From: an uncultured Acidobacteriota bacterium
GTDB taxonomy: Bacteria > Acidobacteriota > Vicinamibacteria > Vicinamibacterales > CAVVIG01
Direction: 5' to 3'
DNA: 64,000 nucleotides
Assembly (NCBI GenBank): GCA_963748265.1
Contig: CAVVIG010000001.1
Location: forward strand, 329,959-393,958
Part shown: piece after piece, positions 1 to 10,492 of the stretch
Layout: each line of letters opens with the position of its first letter
Numbering within the stretch: position 1 is the first letter of the stretch
Program-made: the position numbers and the translations under genes
The notes under the pieces: model-generated
Told to the model about the DNA's origin: nothing
Seen by the model: only the letters and a program-made list of their open reading frames with translations
The model's database searches: none

Positions 1-183
1 TCGCCGGCGTCGTCGCCGCCTGTCCCAAACCGGGAGATCGGGACGCTGCTCGACATCAGCGAGAAGACCGTCAAGCGGCACCTGACCAACATCTTCGACA
101 AACTCGGGGTATCGAGCCGCATGGAGCTGGCGATGTTTGCGGTGCGGAACGGGATGGCCCTGCCAACGTTCCCGGCGTCGTAA
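1..183 (+). CDS. LuxR/NarL-family HTH response regulator, C-terminal fragment (5' truncated by window)
   Basis: Frame from 28 reads NREIGTLLDISEKTVKRHLTNIFDKLGVSSRMELAMFAVRNG, a typical LuxR HTH; stop TAA 181-183. Confidence 0.85.
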   Translation, partial: SPASSPPVPNREIGTLLDISEKTVKRHLTNIFDKLGVSSRMELAMFAVRNGMALPTFPAS

Positions 184-201
184 CCGCGTTCCCATCCTCC
201 C

Positions 202-248
202 TGCGACTTTGGTCGCACACCCGGTGCGACCTTCAGCCCATTGTCGCA
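202..248. promoter_or_regulatory. Two TGCGAC...GTCGCA inverted repeats, candidate NarL/LuxR-type operator
   Basis: TGCGAC-TTTG-GTCGCA at 202-217 and TGCGAC-N12-GTCGCA at 225-248, between the regulator and the next gene. Confidence 0.5.
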
Positions 249-320
249 ATCGATTCCTCCTCGCATAGTCAGCCATTGCTGAAGCGGCGCGTCCCGCCCG
301 CTTCGCGCCGAGGAGGCGAA

Positions 321-2093
321 ATGCGCAGCTCCACTCTCCGATCGCCGAATCGCTCGTGTCGAAACCGTCGCCGGACGGCCGTGCATCGTCGCCGCAGCCG
401 CCTGGGCGTGCGCTCCTGCTGTCCAACTGGTGCTGCGGCCCAGAATCCGTTTTCGAATCGAGGGCACGATCGCGCCGGCGAGCAACAGCGGCATCCGCAG
501 CGCCGCCAGGAACGCTGTCCCGTGTGTGACAGGCACTGACGGATCGACACAAGCCTGCCTCATCACCGATTCGAACGGATCGGCGAAGGAGCGCGGCCCG
601 GTCAACTCGAATACGACCAAGATGGGCGAGATCCACACGGCCCCCGTCGAAATGCTGGGTGACACAAACCCTAACGGCAACACGGACCTGCACAGGGTGT
701 TCTCGCAGTCGGCCAAGGCCATCAACACCGACCTCTGGTATTACTTCGGATGGATCCGCGACTCGGGAGGCACGGGGTTCATCGCCATCGAGTTCCAGCA
801 CAACCAGCTCGATGCCGGCTGCAAGGCGGCGAACGGCACCGTGAACTACACGCTAGCAACGTGCAACCCCTGGCGAGGCCGCCAGGGCGGTACGGGTGCC
901 AACGCAGACTTCCTGATCCTCTGGGACCAGTCGGGCAACTCGACCGACATCATCAAGCGCAACTTCGTCTGCTCGAACGGCTCGGCGAAGTGTTCGATCG
1001 CGCTCGGCACCGGCGCTCTGATTGCCCTGGCCGCATGTCCGAACCCGGTCACCTCCACGAACACGAACGATCCGTGCCACCGGATCACGGCCGCCGATGC
1101 CGTCGCCGCGTTCGGTCAGCCGCCGATCGAACAACAAGGATTCGAATGACTCGTCGAGAGGCGAAGTTGCGATTGACCTCACGACCGCGATTTTCAGCGG
1201 GGGCTCGTGTCAGAGCTTTGCGAACATCATTCCCGAGCACGGTTACGGGCAACTCCGATTCAGCCGACTACAAGGATTCGTTTTCTCCGCGTTCCCGCCT
1301 GTCTCGAACTGCGGCAGCGTAACAATCACCAAGCTCACCGATCCCGCGCGCCTGGCCGGCACGTTCACCTATGCGCTGACGCTGCGACGGACCTCTTCAA
1401 CTCGGGCGACGTGGACGCCGATTGCTCCGTCACCGGCAGCGGCGTGGGGCTCTGCAAGGGCACCCTGGCGACGACACGCGGTCGCGCCGGCCAGTACACG
1501 GAGACCGACACCATCTCCAATCTGCGCGAGAACGACACGACGTGGACCTTGACCGAGGACTCTCCCGGGCCCGACTTCGCGTTGAAGTCGATCGATTGCG
1601 TTGATTCGCTTAACGTCAGCTATCACCTGTTCGGCGACGGCAAGCTACGGTCAACACCTTCCGGGTCGAGGCGGGCGCCACGACCGCATGCACCATCGTC
1701 AACAGCGTGGTGAAGAACGATCCGAATAAGAGCACGGCGCAGGTAGGGACGGCGGCCATCAAGGATGCAGTCTCGTTGACGAACATCAAGGCGGGTGCCA
1801 CCGACGCCTCGAGCGCCACCGTCAGGTTCGCGCTCTACAGCGCCGCAACGTGCATCGATCCGGATCCGACCAACAACGTCGTCGGGAACCGCGTGGTACT
1901 TCTCTGATCCGATGCCCTCACCTACTCGAACAATGGCACGACGGCCAGTGCGGCGATCGCGAGCTTCCAGACCATCGTGCCTGGCCTGACTTACTACTGG
2001 AAGGTCCGATACACCGGTGACATCCTGAACAACAGCTTCACGACGACGTGCGGGAGCGAAACGGCGGCGGTAACGTTCACGTTCATCGAGTAG
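321..2093 (+). CDS. Large secreted/surface Cys-, Thr-, Gly-, Asn-rich protein with Ig/prealbumin-like repeats, broken by several frameshifts
   Basis: SD GAGGAGG before ATG 321; coding-like fragments 430-1149, about 1150-1380 (TVTGNSDSADYKD), 1207-1713, 1707-1907, ending ...CGSETAAVTFTFIE TAG 2091-2093. Confidence 0.6.
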
Positions 2094-2119
2094 GGACGAC
2101 TCGACAATCCCGGCAAGAA

Positions 2120-2146
2120 GGGCCCCGCCTGGAACGGGTGGGGCCC
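2120..2146. terminator. GC-rich hairpin between convergent genes
   Basis: GGGCCCCGCC-N7-GGTGGGGCCC. Confidence 0.5.
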
Positions 2147-2176
2147 GGACGCCTCGGGCAGGGCGAGTTGTCCCCC

Positions 2177-4490
2177 CTACCGCTGGTTCAACTTCGCAAA
2201 CGCCGCGGCCATCGACGTCGACTGCGCCGGCGCCGGGGCGGGAGCCGCCGGCTTCTGGGACGCCGGCTTCTGGAATGCCGGTGTCCGGGCCGCCGGACTC
2301 GACGCCAGGTTCGGTGCCGGGGGCCGATCCTGCAGCTTCATCGTCAACCCGATGCGCTTGCGTTTGAGGTCGATGTCGAGAACCTTCACCTTCACGATGT
2401 CGCCGGCTTTCACGACGTCGCGCGGATCCTTGACGAACCGGTCGGCGAGCTGCGACACGTGCACGAGGCCGTCCTGGTGCACGCCGATGTCGACGAACGC
2501 ACCGAAGTTCGCCACGTTCGTCACCACGCCTTCGAGCAGCATGCCTGGTTGGAGGTCGGACAGCTGTTCGACACCATCCTTGAACGCCGCCGTCTTGAAC
2601 TCGGGCCGTGGATCGCGCCCTGGCTTCTCCAGTTCCGCCAGGATGTCCTTCACAGTCGGCACACCGAAGCGGTCGTCGGCGAACTCGCCCGGCTGGACCG
2701 CGCGCAGCACCGTCGCGTTGCCGACGAGTGCACTGAGCTTCAGGCCGGTGCGTGCGGCGATGCGCTCGACGACCGGGTAAGCTTCGGGATGCACCGCCGA
2801 CGCGTCGAGCGGATTCTCGCCGTTCACGATCCGGAGGAACCCGGCGGCCTGCTGGAAGGTCCGCTCGCCGATGCGGGGCACCTTCTTCAACGTGCCGCGG
2901 TCCCGGAACGGACCGTTCTGATCGCGATACGCGACGATGTTCCGCGCGATCGTGTCGCTCAGCCCGGAGATCCGCGACAGCAGCGGAGCCGAGGCGGTGT
3001 TGACGTCGGCGCCGACGGCGTTCACGCAGTCCTCGACGACCGCGTCGAGCTTTCGCGCGAGCGCAGGCTGGCTCACGTCGTGCTGATACTGTCCGACACC
3101 GATCGCTTTCGGATCGATGCGTACCAGTTCGGCCAGCGGATCCTGCAGGCGGCGCGCGATCGAGACGGCGCCGCGCAGCGACACGTCCACGTCCGGGAAC
3201 TCCCGCGCGGCGAGCTCCGACGCCGAGTACACGGACGCACCTGCCTCCGACACGACGATCCTGGTGAGTCCGAGCTCGGGATGACGCGTCAGCAGATCGC
3301 CGGCGAGCCGGTCGGTCTCGCGTGACGCCGTGCCGTTCCCGATGCGAGATCAGCTCCACCTTGTGCTTCGCGCACAGGGCGGCGAGGGTTCGCAGCGATC
3401 CCTCCCAGTCGTTACGCGGTTCATGTGGGTAGATGGTGACGGTCTCGAGCAGCCGTCCCGTGCCGTCCACGACGGCCGCCTTCACGCCGGTGCGGATGCC
3501 GGGATCGAGCCCCAGCGTCACCCGCTGACCGGCGGGCGCAGCGAGCAGCAGGTCGTGCAGGTTGCGCCCGAAGACGGCAATCGCCTCCGCTTCCGCCTGC
3601 TCGCGGAGCCGCTGCTCGACGTCGGCCTCGATGTGCACCGACAGCTTGTACCGCCACGCCCACCGCACCGTCTCGAGCAGCCACGTGTCCGCCGCACGAC
3701 CTTTCTGCTCGATCCCCGCCCGCGCAGCGATGCGCCGGTCGGGGTTTCCGGACGGGTCAGCGCTCGCCGACTCCGGCAGGACGACTGCGAGGCGGAGCAC
3801 GTCCTCCTTGCGTCCGCGGAGCAATGCGAGCGCCCGATGCGACGGCACGTTCCGCACCGGCTCGCTCGACGCGAAGTAGTCGGCGAACTTGGCGCCGGCG
3901 TCTTCCTTGCCAGGCACCACGGCCGATGCCCACTCACCGCGCTCCCAGAGCAGGCGTCGCAGCCCGCCCACCAGCTCCGGGTCTTCGGCAAACATCTCGA
4001 CGAGAATCCAGCGCGCCCCCTCGAGCGCCGCGTCGGCATCTTCGACGCCTTTGGAGGCGTCGACGAACGCTAGCGCCTCGCGCTCCGGGACGCGGGTCGG
4101 GTCGTGCAGCAGCGCGAGCGCCAGCGGCTCGAGGCCGGCCTCGCGCGCGACCTGCCCCCGGGTACGTCGCTTCGGCTTGTACGGCAGGTAGAGGTCTTCG
4201 AGCCTCGCCTTCGTGTCGGCCTCCGCGATGGCGGAAGCGAGGTCCGGCGTGAGCTTGCCCTGTTCCTCGATGCTCCTCAGGATCGTCGACCGTCGATCGT
4301 CCAGGTCGCGAAGATACGTGAGGCGCTCCTCGAGCGTGCGGAGCTGGGTGTCGTCGAGCCCTCCCGTCGCTTCCTTCCGGTAGCGGGCGATGAACGGGAC
4401 GGTGGCTTTGTCATCGAGCAGCGCAACGGCCGCGTCGACCTGCGGCACGCGGACGTTGAGTTCGCGGGCAATGCGTTCGGCTATGGACAT
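2177..4490 (-). CDS. tex: Tex/YhgF RNA-binding transcriptional accessory protein with S1 domain (frameshifted near 3250-3350)
   Basis: [13 protein letters not shown]...[67 protein letters not shown]1 domain [19 protein letters not shown]. Confidence 0.95.
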
Positions 4491-4591
4491 GCGTGACGGG
4501 ACCAGGCTGGTGAAAAGGCCTTCCAGCGTAGCAGCCGCGGGCGCGGCTGGCCAGACGGGACACAACGGCCAGGAGCGGCGAAGACCTGACG

Positions 4592-4620
4592 GACTTGCGA
4601 CTTGCGACTTGCGACTACGA
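4592..4620 (+). repeat. Short tandem heptamer repeat (GACTTGC)3 plus a degenerate copy
   Basis: gacttgc gacttgc gacttgc gactacg, intergenic. Confidence 0.7.
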
Positions 4621-4622
4621 AG

Positions 4623-5195
4623 TCATACCCGCGCGACGTCGACGTGCGATTCGAGGCGCTTGCGCGTGCCGAGGGTGAGGTAATGGGTCTCGAGGTAGTC
4701 GACGCCGTCGACCGTGATCGCCAGCTTCGATCCGTCTTCGCGCGAGACGAGATTCTTCCGCGTCAGGTACCAGGTCGTGAACTCGAGGTGTTCGCGCGGC
4801 TGCCCGGTCAGTTCCTCGAGCTCCAGGACGAACACGCCAGGCGACCCGGGCTCCGCGCGGCGCCGCTCGTACAGCACCTCGAGCACGGTCATCCGGATCA
4901 TCTGTTCGACTTCGATGGGATCGGCAGCGTGCGACGGGGCTGCCGTGGGGGTCCAGCGCATCTGCCGGGTGCGCGAGTATTCGAGGTCGTAACGCGCACG
5001 GCGTTCCGGGTCGCTCAGGATCGCGTACGCATCGGTGAGGACGCGGAACCGGTTCTGGTCGCCGGTCTGCTGGTTGTCGGGGTGATACCGCTGGGCTAGC
5101 AGGCGGTAGACGCGATGGATGGTTTCAGGCTCAGCCTGGGGGCTGATCTGCAACAGCTCGTAGAAGTCGTGAACGTCGGTTTCCTGTAAGTTCAT
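4623..5195 (-). CDS. DnaJ (J-domain) protein with C-terminal winged-helix-like region
   Basis: DFYELLQISPQAEPETIHRVYRLLAQRYHPDN with HPD motif; AYAILSDPERRARYD. Confidence 0.9.
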   Translation of the reverse strand: MNLQETDVHDFYELLQISPQAEPETIHRVYRLLAQRYHPDNQQTGDQNRFRVLTDAYAILSDPERRARYDLEYSRTRQMRWTPTAAPSHAADPIEVEQMIRMTVLEVLYERRRAEPGSPGVFVLELEELTGQPREHLEFTTWYLTRKNLVSREDGSKLAITVDGVDYLETHYLTLGTRKRLESHVDVARV

Positions 5196-5350
5196 GCTTA
5201 CCACTGCTGATCAGCTGCTACACGTACAGACTATCTTTTCGGCTGAGTCAGTGCAAGAGCTTAGGCCTCCGGCTAATTGCCTGAAAAAAAGAGGTCAATA
5301 ATGATGAGCTAAGGTGAGGGCAGATGCCCTGCCCCCACCCGTGGGCCCCG

Positions 5351-6241
5351 CTACCCGCGGAGATTCTTATTGAAGAAGTCGACCGTGCGCTGCCAGGCGA
5401 GCTTCGCCGCCCCTTCGTCAAACCGCGGGGTGGTGTCGTTGTGGAACCCGTGCTGCGTATTCGGGTACACGAACGCTTCGAACTTCTTGTTGTTCGCTTT
5501 GAGCGCCGCCTCGAACGCCGGCCAGCCCTGGTTGATGCCCTGATCGTTCGCGGCGTAATGCAACAGGAGCGGCGCGTTGATCTTCGCCGTATCCTCGGCG
5601 CTCGGCTGCCGTCCGTAGAACGGCGCCGCACCCGCGAGGTCCGGAATCCGGACCGCGAGTGAGTTCGTCACGCCGCCGCCGAAGCAGAAACCGACGGCGC
5701 CGACCTTGCCGGAGGACTCGGCGTGGGTCTTGAGCCAGCCGGCCGAGGCGATGAAGTCCTGCAGCATCTTCGCGGCGTCCACCTGCCTGAACATCTCTCC
5801 GCCCTTCTCATCGTCGCCCGGATAGCCGCCGAGCGACGTGAGGCCGTCCGGCGCCAGCGCGATGAAGTTGCTGGTCGCGAAGCGGCGCGCGACGTCTTCG
5901 ATGTAGGGGTTGAGCCCGCGATTCTCGTGCACGACGATCACCGCCGGCAGCTTCCCCGCTGCGTTCGACGGGCGGGCGAAGTAGCCCTTGATGGTCCCGT
6001 TCCCCTGCGGCGACTGCACGGTGACGTACTCCGTCTTGATGCGGCGGTCGTCCTTCGGGACCTGCTGCGCCCAGGCGTAATTGGGCTTGAGGCTCTCGAA
6101 GATCGTCGCGACGGTCAGGCCGCCGACCGCGAACTTCCCGGCGCGATCCAGGAAGGAGCGGCGCGAGATATCACCGTGCTGATACTCGTGGAACAGATCC
6201 AGGAGTTCCTGCGGGAAGTCCGACGCCTTCTTGCGTTCCAT
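5351..6241 (-). CDS. Dienelactone hydrolase family protein (YghX-like)
   Basis: [28 protein letters not shown] nucleophile, [12 protein letters not shown], Tat-like SRRSFL. Confidence 0.93.
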   Translation of the reverse strand: MERKKASDFPQELLDLFHEYQHGDISRRSFLDRAGKFAVGGLTVATIFESLKPNYAWAQQVPKDDRRIKTEYVTVQSPQGNGTIKGYFARPSNAAGKLPAVIVVHENRGLNPYIEDVARRFATSNFIALAPDGLTSLGGYPGDDEKGGEMFRQVDAAKMLQDFIASAGWLKTHAESSGKVGAVGFCFGGGVTNSLAVRIPDLAGAAPFYGRQPSAEDTAKINAPLLLHYAANDQGINQGWPAFEAALKANNKKFEAFVYPNTQHGFHNDTTPRFDEGAAKLAWQRTVDFFNKNLRG

Positions 6242-6359
6242 GAAGCCTCCTCGTTCCGCGCAGTCTACCCAAGCTCGCCCGTCCGCGCCAGACAGGCTGC
6301 ACCGGACCCCCGGATGCTGGCATATGATCCGCCAGCATCACTCCCCAGGGAGCTACAAG

Positions 6360-7605
6360 ATGACGGCACTGGTTCGCCCGTACAGCGTGGCCCTCATGGT
6401 GGTAGCCGGCAGCGCTCTGCTCACGGCTCAGCAACAGAGCCTGGCGTCGCGCAGGCCACTCGGCACCATGCCGGTCGTGTTCGACAGCACCTCGCGCGGG
6501 CCGAGCGGCGCGCAGATCCCGGGCCCGAGGTTCCGCGTGGTACCGGTCAAGGGGCTTCAACGTCCCCAGGGCATGGCCTTCCTGCCCGATGGCCGGATCC
6601 TGGTCACCGAGCGCGCGGGCCGCATCCGCATCATCGCCGGTGACGCCGTGGATCCGCAGGTCGTGTCCGGCGTTCCGGCGGTCCTGAATCGGAACATGCG
6701 CGGCCTGAACGACATCGCGCTCCACCCGAAGTTCGGGGAGACCGCGCAGGTCTACTTCACCTACTACAAGCCGCACGCGACCGAGACCGACGCGGCGGCC
6801 GCCACGCTCGCGCGCGGGAAGTACGACGGTGCGTACGCGCTCACCGACGTGACGGACATCTTCACTGCCGACACGGTACGTGACGGGCCCGTCGTCCGCC
6901 AAGATCGTGTTCGCCCCGGACGGCACGCTCTTCATGGCGATCGGGGTGCCGATTCCGCCGCGGGCCCGGCCGGGCCTGGCAACACCGCTCGACGCACAGA
7001 ACCCGGGCAGTGTCTACGGCAAGATCCTTCGGCTCAACGACGACGGCAGCGTTCCTCCGGACAACCCGTTCGTCGGCAAGGAGGGCCATCGTGGCGAGAT
7101 CTACGCGATGGGGATCCGAAACGCGATGGGTCTGGCCATCAATCCGGCGAACGGCGAACTGTGGGAGACGGAGAACGGCCCGCAAGGCGGTGACGAGCTG
7201 AACGTGATCCTGCCGGGCAGGAACTACGGCTGGCCGATCATCTCCTACGGCCGCGCCTACAGCGGAGACGTGACCGGCGAAACCGGTCCGGTGACGACAC
7301 CGGCCGTCGCGAGCGCCATGGAGCAGCCCATGCTGTTCTGGTCGCCGTCGCTCGCGTTGACCGGATTGACGTTCTACACCGGCGACCGGTTTCCGGAGTG
7401 GAAGAACAGCGTCTTCGTCGGAGCGCTGGTCGGCGAGCAGGTGCAGCGCATTGTCTTCAATCTGCGCGGCCTGCCGACGCGGCGCGACCCGCTGATCTGG
7501 GAGCTCGGACAGCGCATCCGTGACGTCCAGCAGGGGCCGAACGGCCTGCTCTACGCGATCACCGAAGACGATGGGGCGCTGCTGCGGTTCGAGCCGGTCC
7601 ACTGA
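6360..7605 (+). CDS. PQQ-dependent glucose/sorbosone dehydrogenase (YliI/GSDH family), frameshift near 6875
   Basis: Signal peptide; GMAFLPDGRILVTERAGRIR, GKILRLNDDGSVPPDNPF, GIRNAMGL, ENGPQGGDELN...NYGWP, QRIRDVQQGPNG. Confidence 0.9.
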
Positions 7606-7682
7606 GAAGGATGTCGGGCCGCAAAAGGGCCCGCAATGAGCGATACTGCGCCATCAACAACCGCCTTTTAACGGGGGGAGAC

Positions 7683-8528
7683 ATGACCCGAGCACTGACG
7701 ATCGCCGCATTGATAACGGGCGCACTGGCAGGGCTGGTAACTGCGCAACAGCCAGCGGCCCCGGCGGCGCCGCCCAAGACCCAGGTCCTGATCGTGACCG
7801 GGCAGAACGGCCACAACTGGAAGGGCACGACGCCCATCCTCCGGAAGATTCTGGAAGACACGGAGAAGTTCGAAGTCCGCGTCATCGAAGAGGTCCGTGG
7901 CGCCGGCCCCGAGACGTTCGCGCCGTACGATCTGGTCGTCCTGAACTACTTCGAGCGCGGGCGCCAGGAGTTGAAGTGGGGAGAAAAGGCCAACACGGCG
8001 TTTCTTGATTACCTCCGCGCCGGCAAGGGTGTGGTGGTTTACCACTTCTCGATGGCCGCCTTCGATGGATGGACGGACTACGAGAAAATCTCCGGCGGCA
8101 ACTGGCGGCCGAACAACGGTCACCACTCCGCGACCCACGATTTCAATGTCGACATCAAGGATCAGGAACACCCGATTACCCGCGGCTTGAAGCTTCAGTT
8201 GCCGCAGACGAACGACGAGCTCTACGCCAATCTCCGCTGGCAGCCGACTGGCTCGTTCCACGTTCTGGCGACCGCGAACGACGACCACGCGCTCTACGCC
8301 GCGAGCCGCACGGACTCACGCGCGCCGCAGCCGCTCAACGGCCCCAGCGCGGACGAGCCGATGCTGTGGACGACCCAGTACGGGCAGGGTCGGGTCTTCG
8401 TCACCGCGCTCGGTCACGACGTCGCGCAGGTGCAGACGCCCACGTTCATGACTACCTTCGCGCGCGGCGCCGAGTGGGCCGCTACCGGAAACGTGACGCT
8501 GCCGATACCGCCGGCGCTCGCCAAGTAA
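7683..8528 (+). CDS. ThuA-like (class I glutamine amidotransferase-like) domain protein, secreted
   Basis: VLIVTGQNGHNW, DQEHPITRGL, DELYANL, YGQGRVFVTALGHD; SD GGGGGAG before ATG. Confidence 0.88.
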   Translation: MTRALTIAALITGALAGLVTAQQPAAPAAPPKTQVLIVTGQNGHNWKGTTPILRKILEDTEKFEVRVIEEVRGAGPETFAPYDLVVLNYFERGRQELKWGEKANTAFLDYLRAGKGVVVYHFSMAAFDGWTDYEKISGGNWRPNNGHHSATHDFNVDIKDQEHPITRGLKLQLPQTNDELYANLRWQPTGSFHVLATANDDHALYAASRTDSRAPQPLNGPSADEPMLWTTQYGQGRVFVTALGHDVAQVQTPTFMTTFARGAEWAATGNVTLPIPPALAK

Positions 8529-8541
8529 GGGGAAACCGGAC

Positions 8542-9147
8542 ATGACTCGTACGCTCTCGCAGTGGAAGTCGGTGGCGGTTGGAACGGGATGCGCGCTTCT
8601 GGCCTCCGCATTGGCGCTCGCCTTCACGTTCGCGGTCGGCACGACGCCTCTTGCTGCTCAAGCCGCGCCGCAGGCACAGGCGCCGACGCCCGAGGGATAC
8701 GTGCCGAGAGGCACGCGGCCCGGCAAGGGGCTCGCGCCTGGCATGAAGGTGACCGACCTCGGGAAGGGCGGCCGGACTTTCCGCGTCAACCTGGTCAAGG
8801 GCGACGAGGTCATGTCCGGGCTCACCGACTTCGCGGAGAAGTACCACATCAAGAACGCGCACTTCACCGGCATCGGTGCGCTCAACAAGGGCATCTTCGG
8901 GTGGGCGGACCCGGAGAGCGGCCTGGGACAGAAGAAGATCGAACTGAATCAGGAAGCGGAGATCGTGTCGTTCCTGGGCAGCATCACCACCAACGCACAG
9001 GGACGTACGTCGGTGCACGGACACGGCTCGGTGGCGTATTCCGACGGAAGCATCCACGGCGGACACTGGTGGGAGGCGCGCGTGAGCATCGTCGCGGAGA
9101 TCTACGTCACCGAGGAGGAAGAGGCGGCAGCGGAACCTGCGCGGTAG
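8542..9147 (+). CDS. PPC/DUF296 domain protein with N-terminal signal peptide
   Basis: GDEVMSGLTDFAEKYHI, FTGIGAL, EIVSFLGSI, VHGHGSV...GSIHGGH (HxH...GGH metal site). Confidence 0.85.
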   Translation: MTRTLSQWKSVAVGTGCALLASALALAFTFAVGTTPLAAQAAPQAQAPTPEGYVPRGTRPGKGLAPGMKVTDLGKGGRTFRVNLVKGDEVMSGLTDFAEKYHIKNAHFTGIGALNKGIFGWADPESGLGQKKIELNQEAEIVSFLGSITTNAQGRTSVHGHGSVAYSDGSIHGGHWWEARVSIVAEIYVTEEEEAAAEPAR

Positions 9148-9161
9148 CTGCCGGTCCCTGG

Positions 9162-9797
9162 TCAGCGGCCCTGTGGCTTCAGATGCCCCATCTCGGGGAC
9201 GGACCGTCCGAGGAACCCCTCGAGAGGCTGTTGATCCCCGCCCATCGGCGTGTCGTCCCGCAGGTTGATCTGTCGCGCGTGCGACAGCGCGTCCGCCACC
9301 GGAACGTGCCGGTCACGAATCAGATAGGCGGCCCAGAGATGGCTCGCCCGCCACGCGACGGTGCAGTGCAGGAGCACCTTGCCGTTCGCCGAGGCCATTG
9401 CCGCCGCGAAGGTGTCGAGTTCCTTCGGCCCGTACGGATTCTCGGCCGAGCCGCGCATCGGGATATGGACGTACCGCATCCCGAGTTCCTTCACGAGTGC
9501 GGCCTCGTCGAACCCGACCCGCGCCATTTCCTCCGGCATCCGCAGATTCACCAGCGTCGTGACGCCTTTGGCTCTCAGTTCGCGAAGCGCCTGTTCCGTG
9601 GGCTGGCCGGCGATGAACATGTCGTCGCCCACGCTCACGAACTTCGCCTGGAACATCGCGGTGGTGTCGAGATTCACCGGGTTGGGCACCGGGCCGGTCT
9701 TGTCCTTGCCGACCACACTCTGGGCGCCGACGGGAGGGGCGACCGAGGCAGCCAGCGCAACGGCCGCAACGGCGCGAAACAGCGATGGAAAGGTCAT
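9162..9797 (-). CDS. Secreted DUF442/Blh-like sulfurtransferase or PTP-like phosphatase
   Basis: IAGQPT, GVTTLVNLR, GMRYVHIP, VLLHCTVAWRA (HCx5R loop). Confidence 0.8.
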   Translation of the reverse strand: MTFPSLFRAVAAVALAASVAPPVGAQSVVGKDKTGPVPNPVNLDTTAMFQAKFVSVGDDMFIAGQPTEQALRELRAKGVTTLVNLRMPEEMARVGFDEAALVKELGMRYVHIPMRGSAENPYGPKELDTFAAAMASANGKVLLHCTVAWRASHLWAAYLIRDRHVPVADALSHARQINLRDDTPMGGDQQPLEGFLGRSVPEMGHLKPQGR

Positions 9798-9967
9798 GGT
9801 GCTCCCTCTCAGGAACGGCTGGGATTAGGTCCCGCCCACACGTCATAGGCGATCGACGAGGCGAACGAGTCGAGATTAACAGAAACGATACAGTCACCCC
9901 GACGCCTGGACCGTGACCGCAGCTCCTCACGGAGTATCATGCCCACGCACTTTCCTCGAGGAGCCTT

Positions 9968-10489
9968 ATGCCGATTTCGTTCACTGTCAACGGTGCCCGC
10001 CGCCAGGTCGACTTACCCGCCGACACGCCGCTGCTCTACGTGCTTCGCAACGACCTGGAGATCGGCAGCCCGCAGTTCGGCTGTGGCCTGTCGCAGTGCG
10101 GCGCCTGCTCCGTACTCGTGGACGGCAAGGAAGTCCGCTCGTGCGTGCTGCCGGTGAGAAACGTGGCCGACAAGCAGGTGACGACCGTCGAAGGGTTGCC
10201 TGCGCGATGGGCCGGCCAGAAGGGGCTGCCGGCCGCCGAGGCGGCAAAAGCACTGCACCCGGTGCAGCAGGCCTGGATCGACGAGCAGGTGCCGATGTGC
10301 GGGTTCTGCCAGCACGGCATGATGATCAAGGCCACCGAGCTCCTTGAAACCACGCCCTCTCCCACCGTCGCCCAGATCAAGACCGCCTTCATGAGCGGCT
10401 CGTCGCCCCACCTGTGCCGCTGCGGCACCTACTCGGCCATCGTGGAGGCCGTGCAGCACGCGGCCACACTCATGGCGAAGGGGAAGTAA
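9968..10489 (+). CDS. (2Fe-2S)-binding small subunit of xanthine-dehydrogenase-family oxidoreductase (IorA/NicA-like)
   Basis: FGCGLSQCGACSV, CGFCQHG, HLCRCGTY. Confidence 0.93.
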   Translation: MPISFTVNGARRQVDLPADTPLLYVLRNDLEIGSPQFGCGLSQCGACSVLVDGKEVRSCVLPVRNVADKQVTTVEGLPARWAGQKGLPAAEAAKALHPVQQAWIDEQVPMCGFCQHGMMIKATELLETTPSPTVAQIKTAFMSGSSPHLCRCGTYSAIVEAVQHAATLMAKGK

Positions 10490-10492
10490 GCC

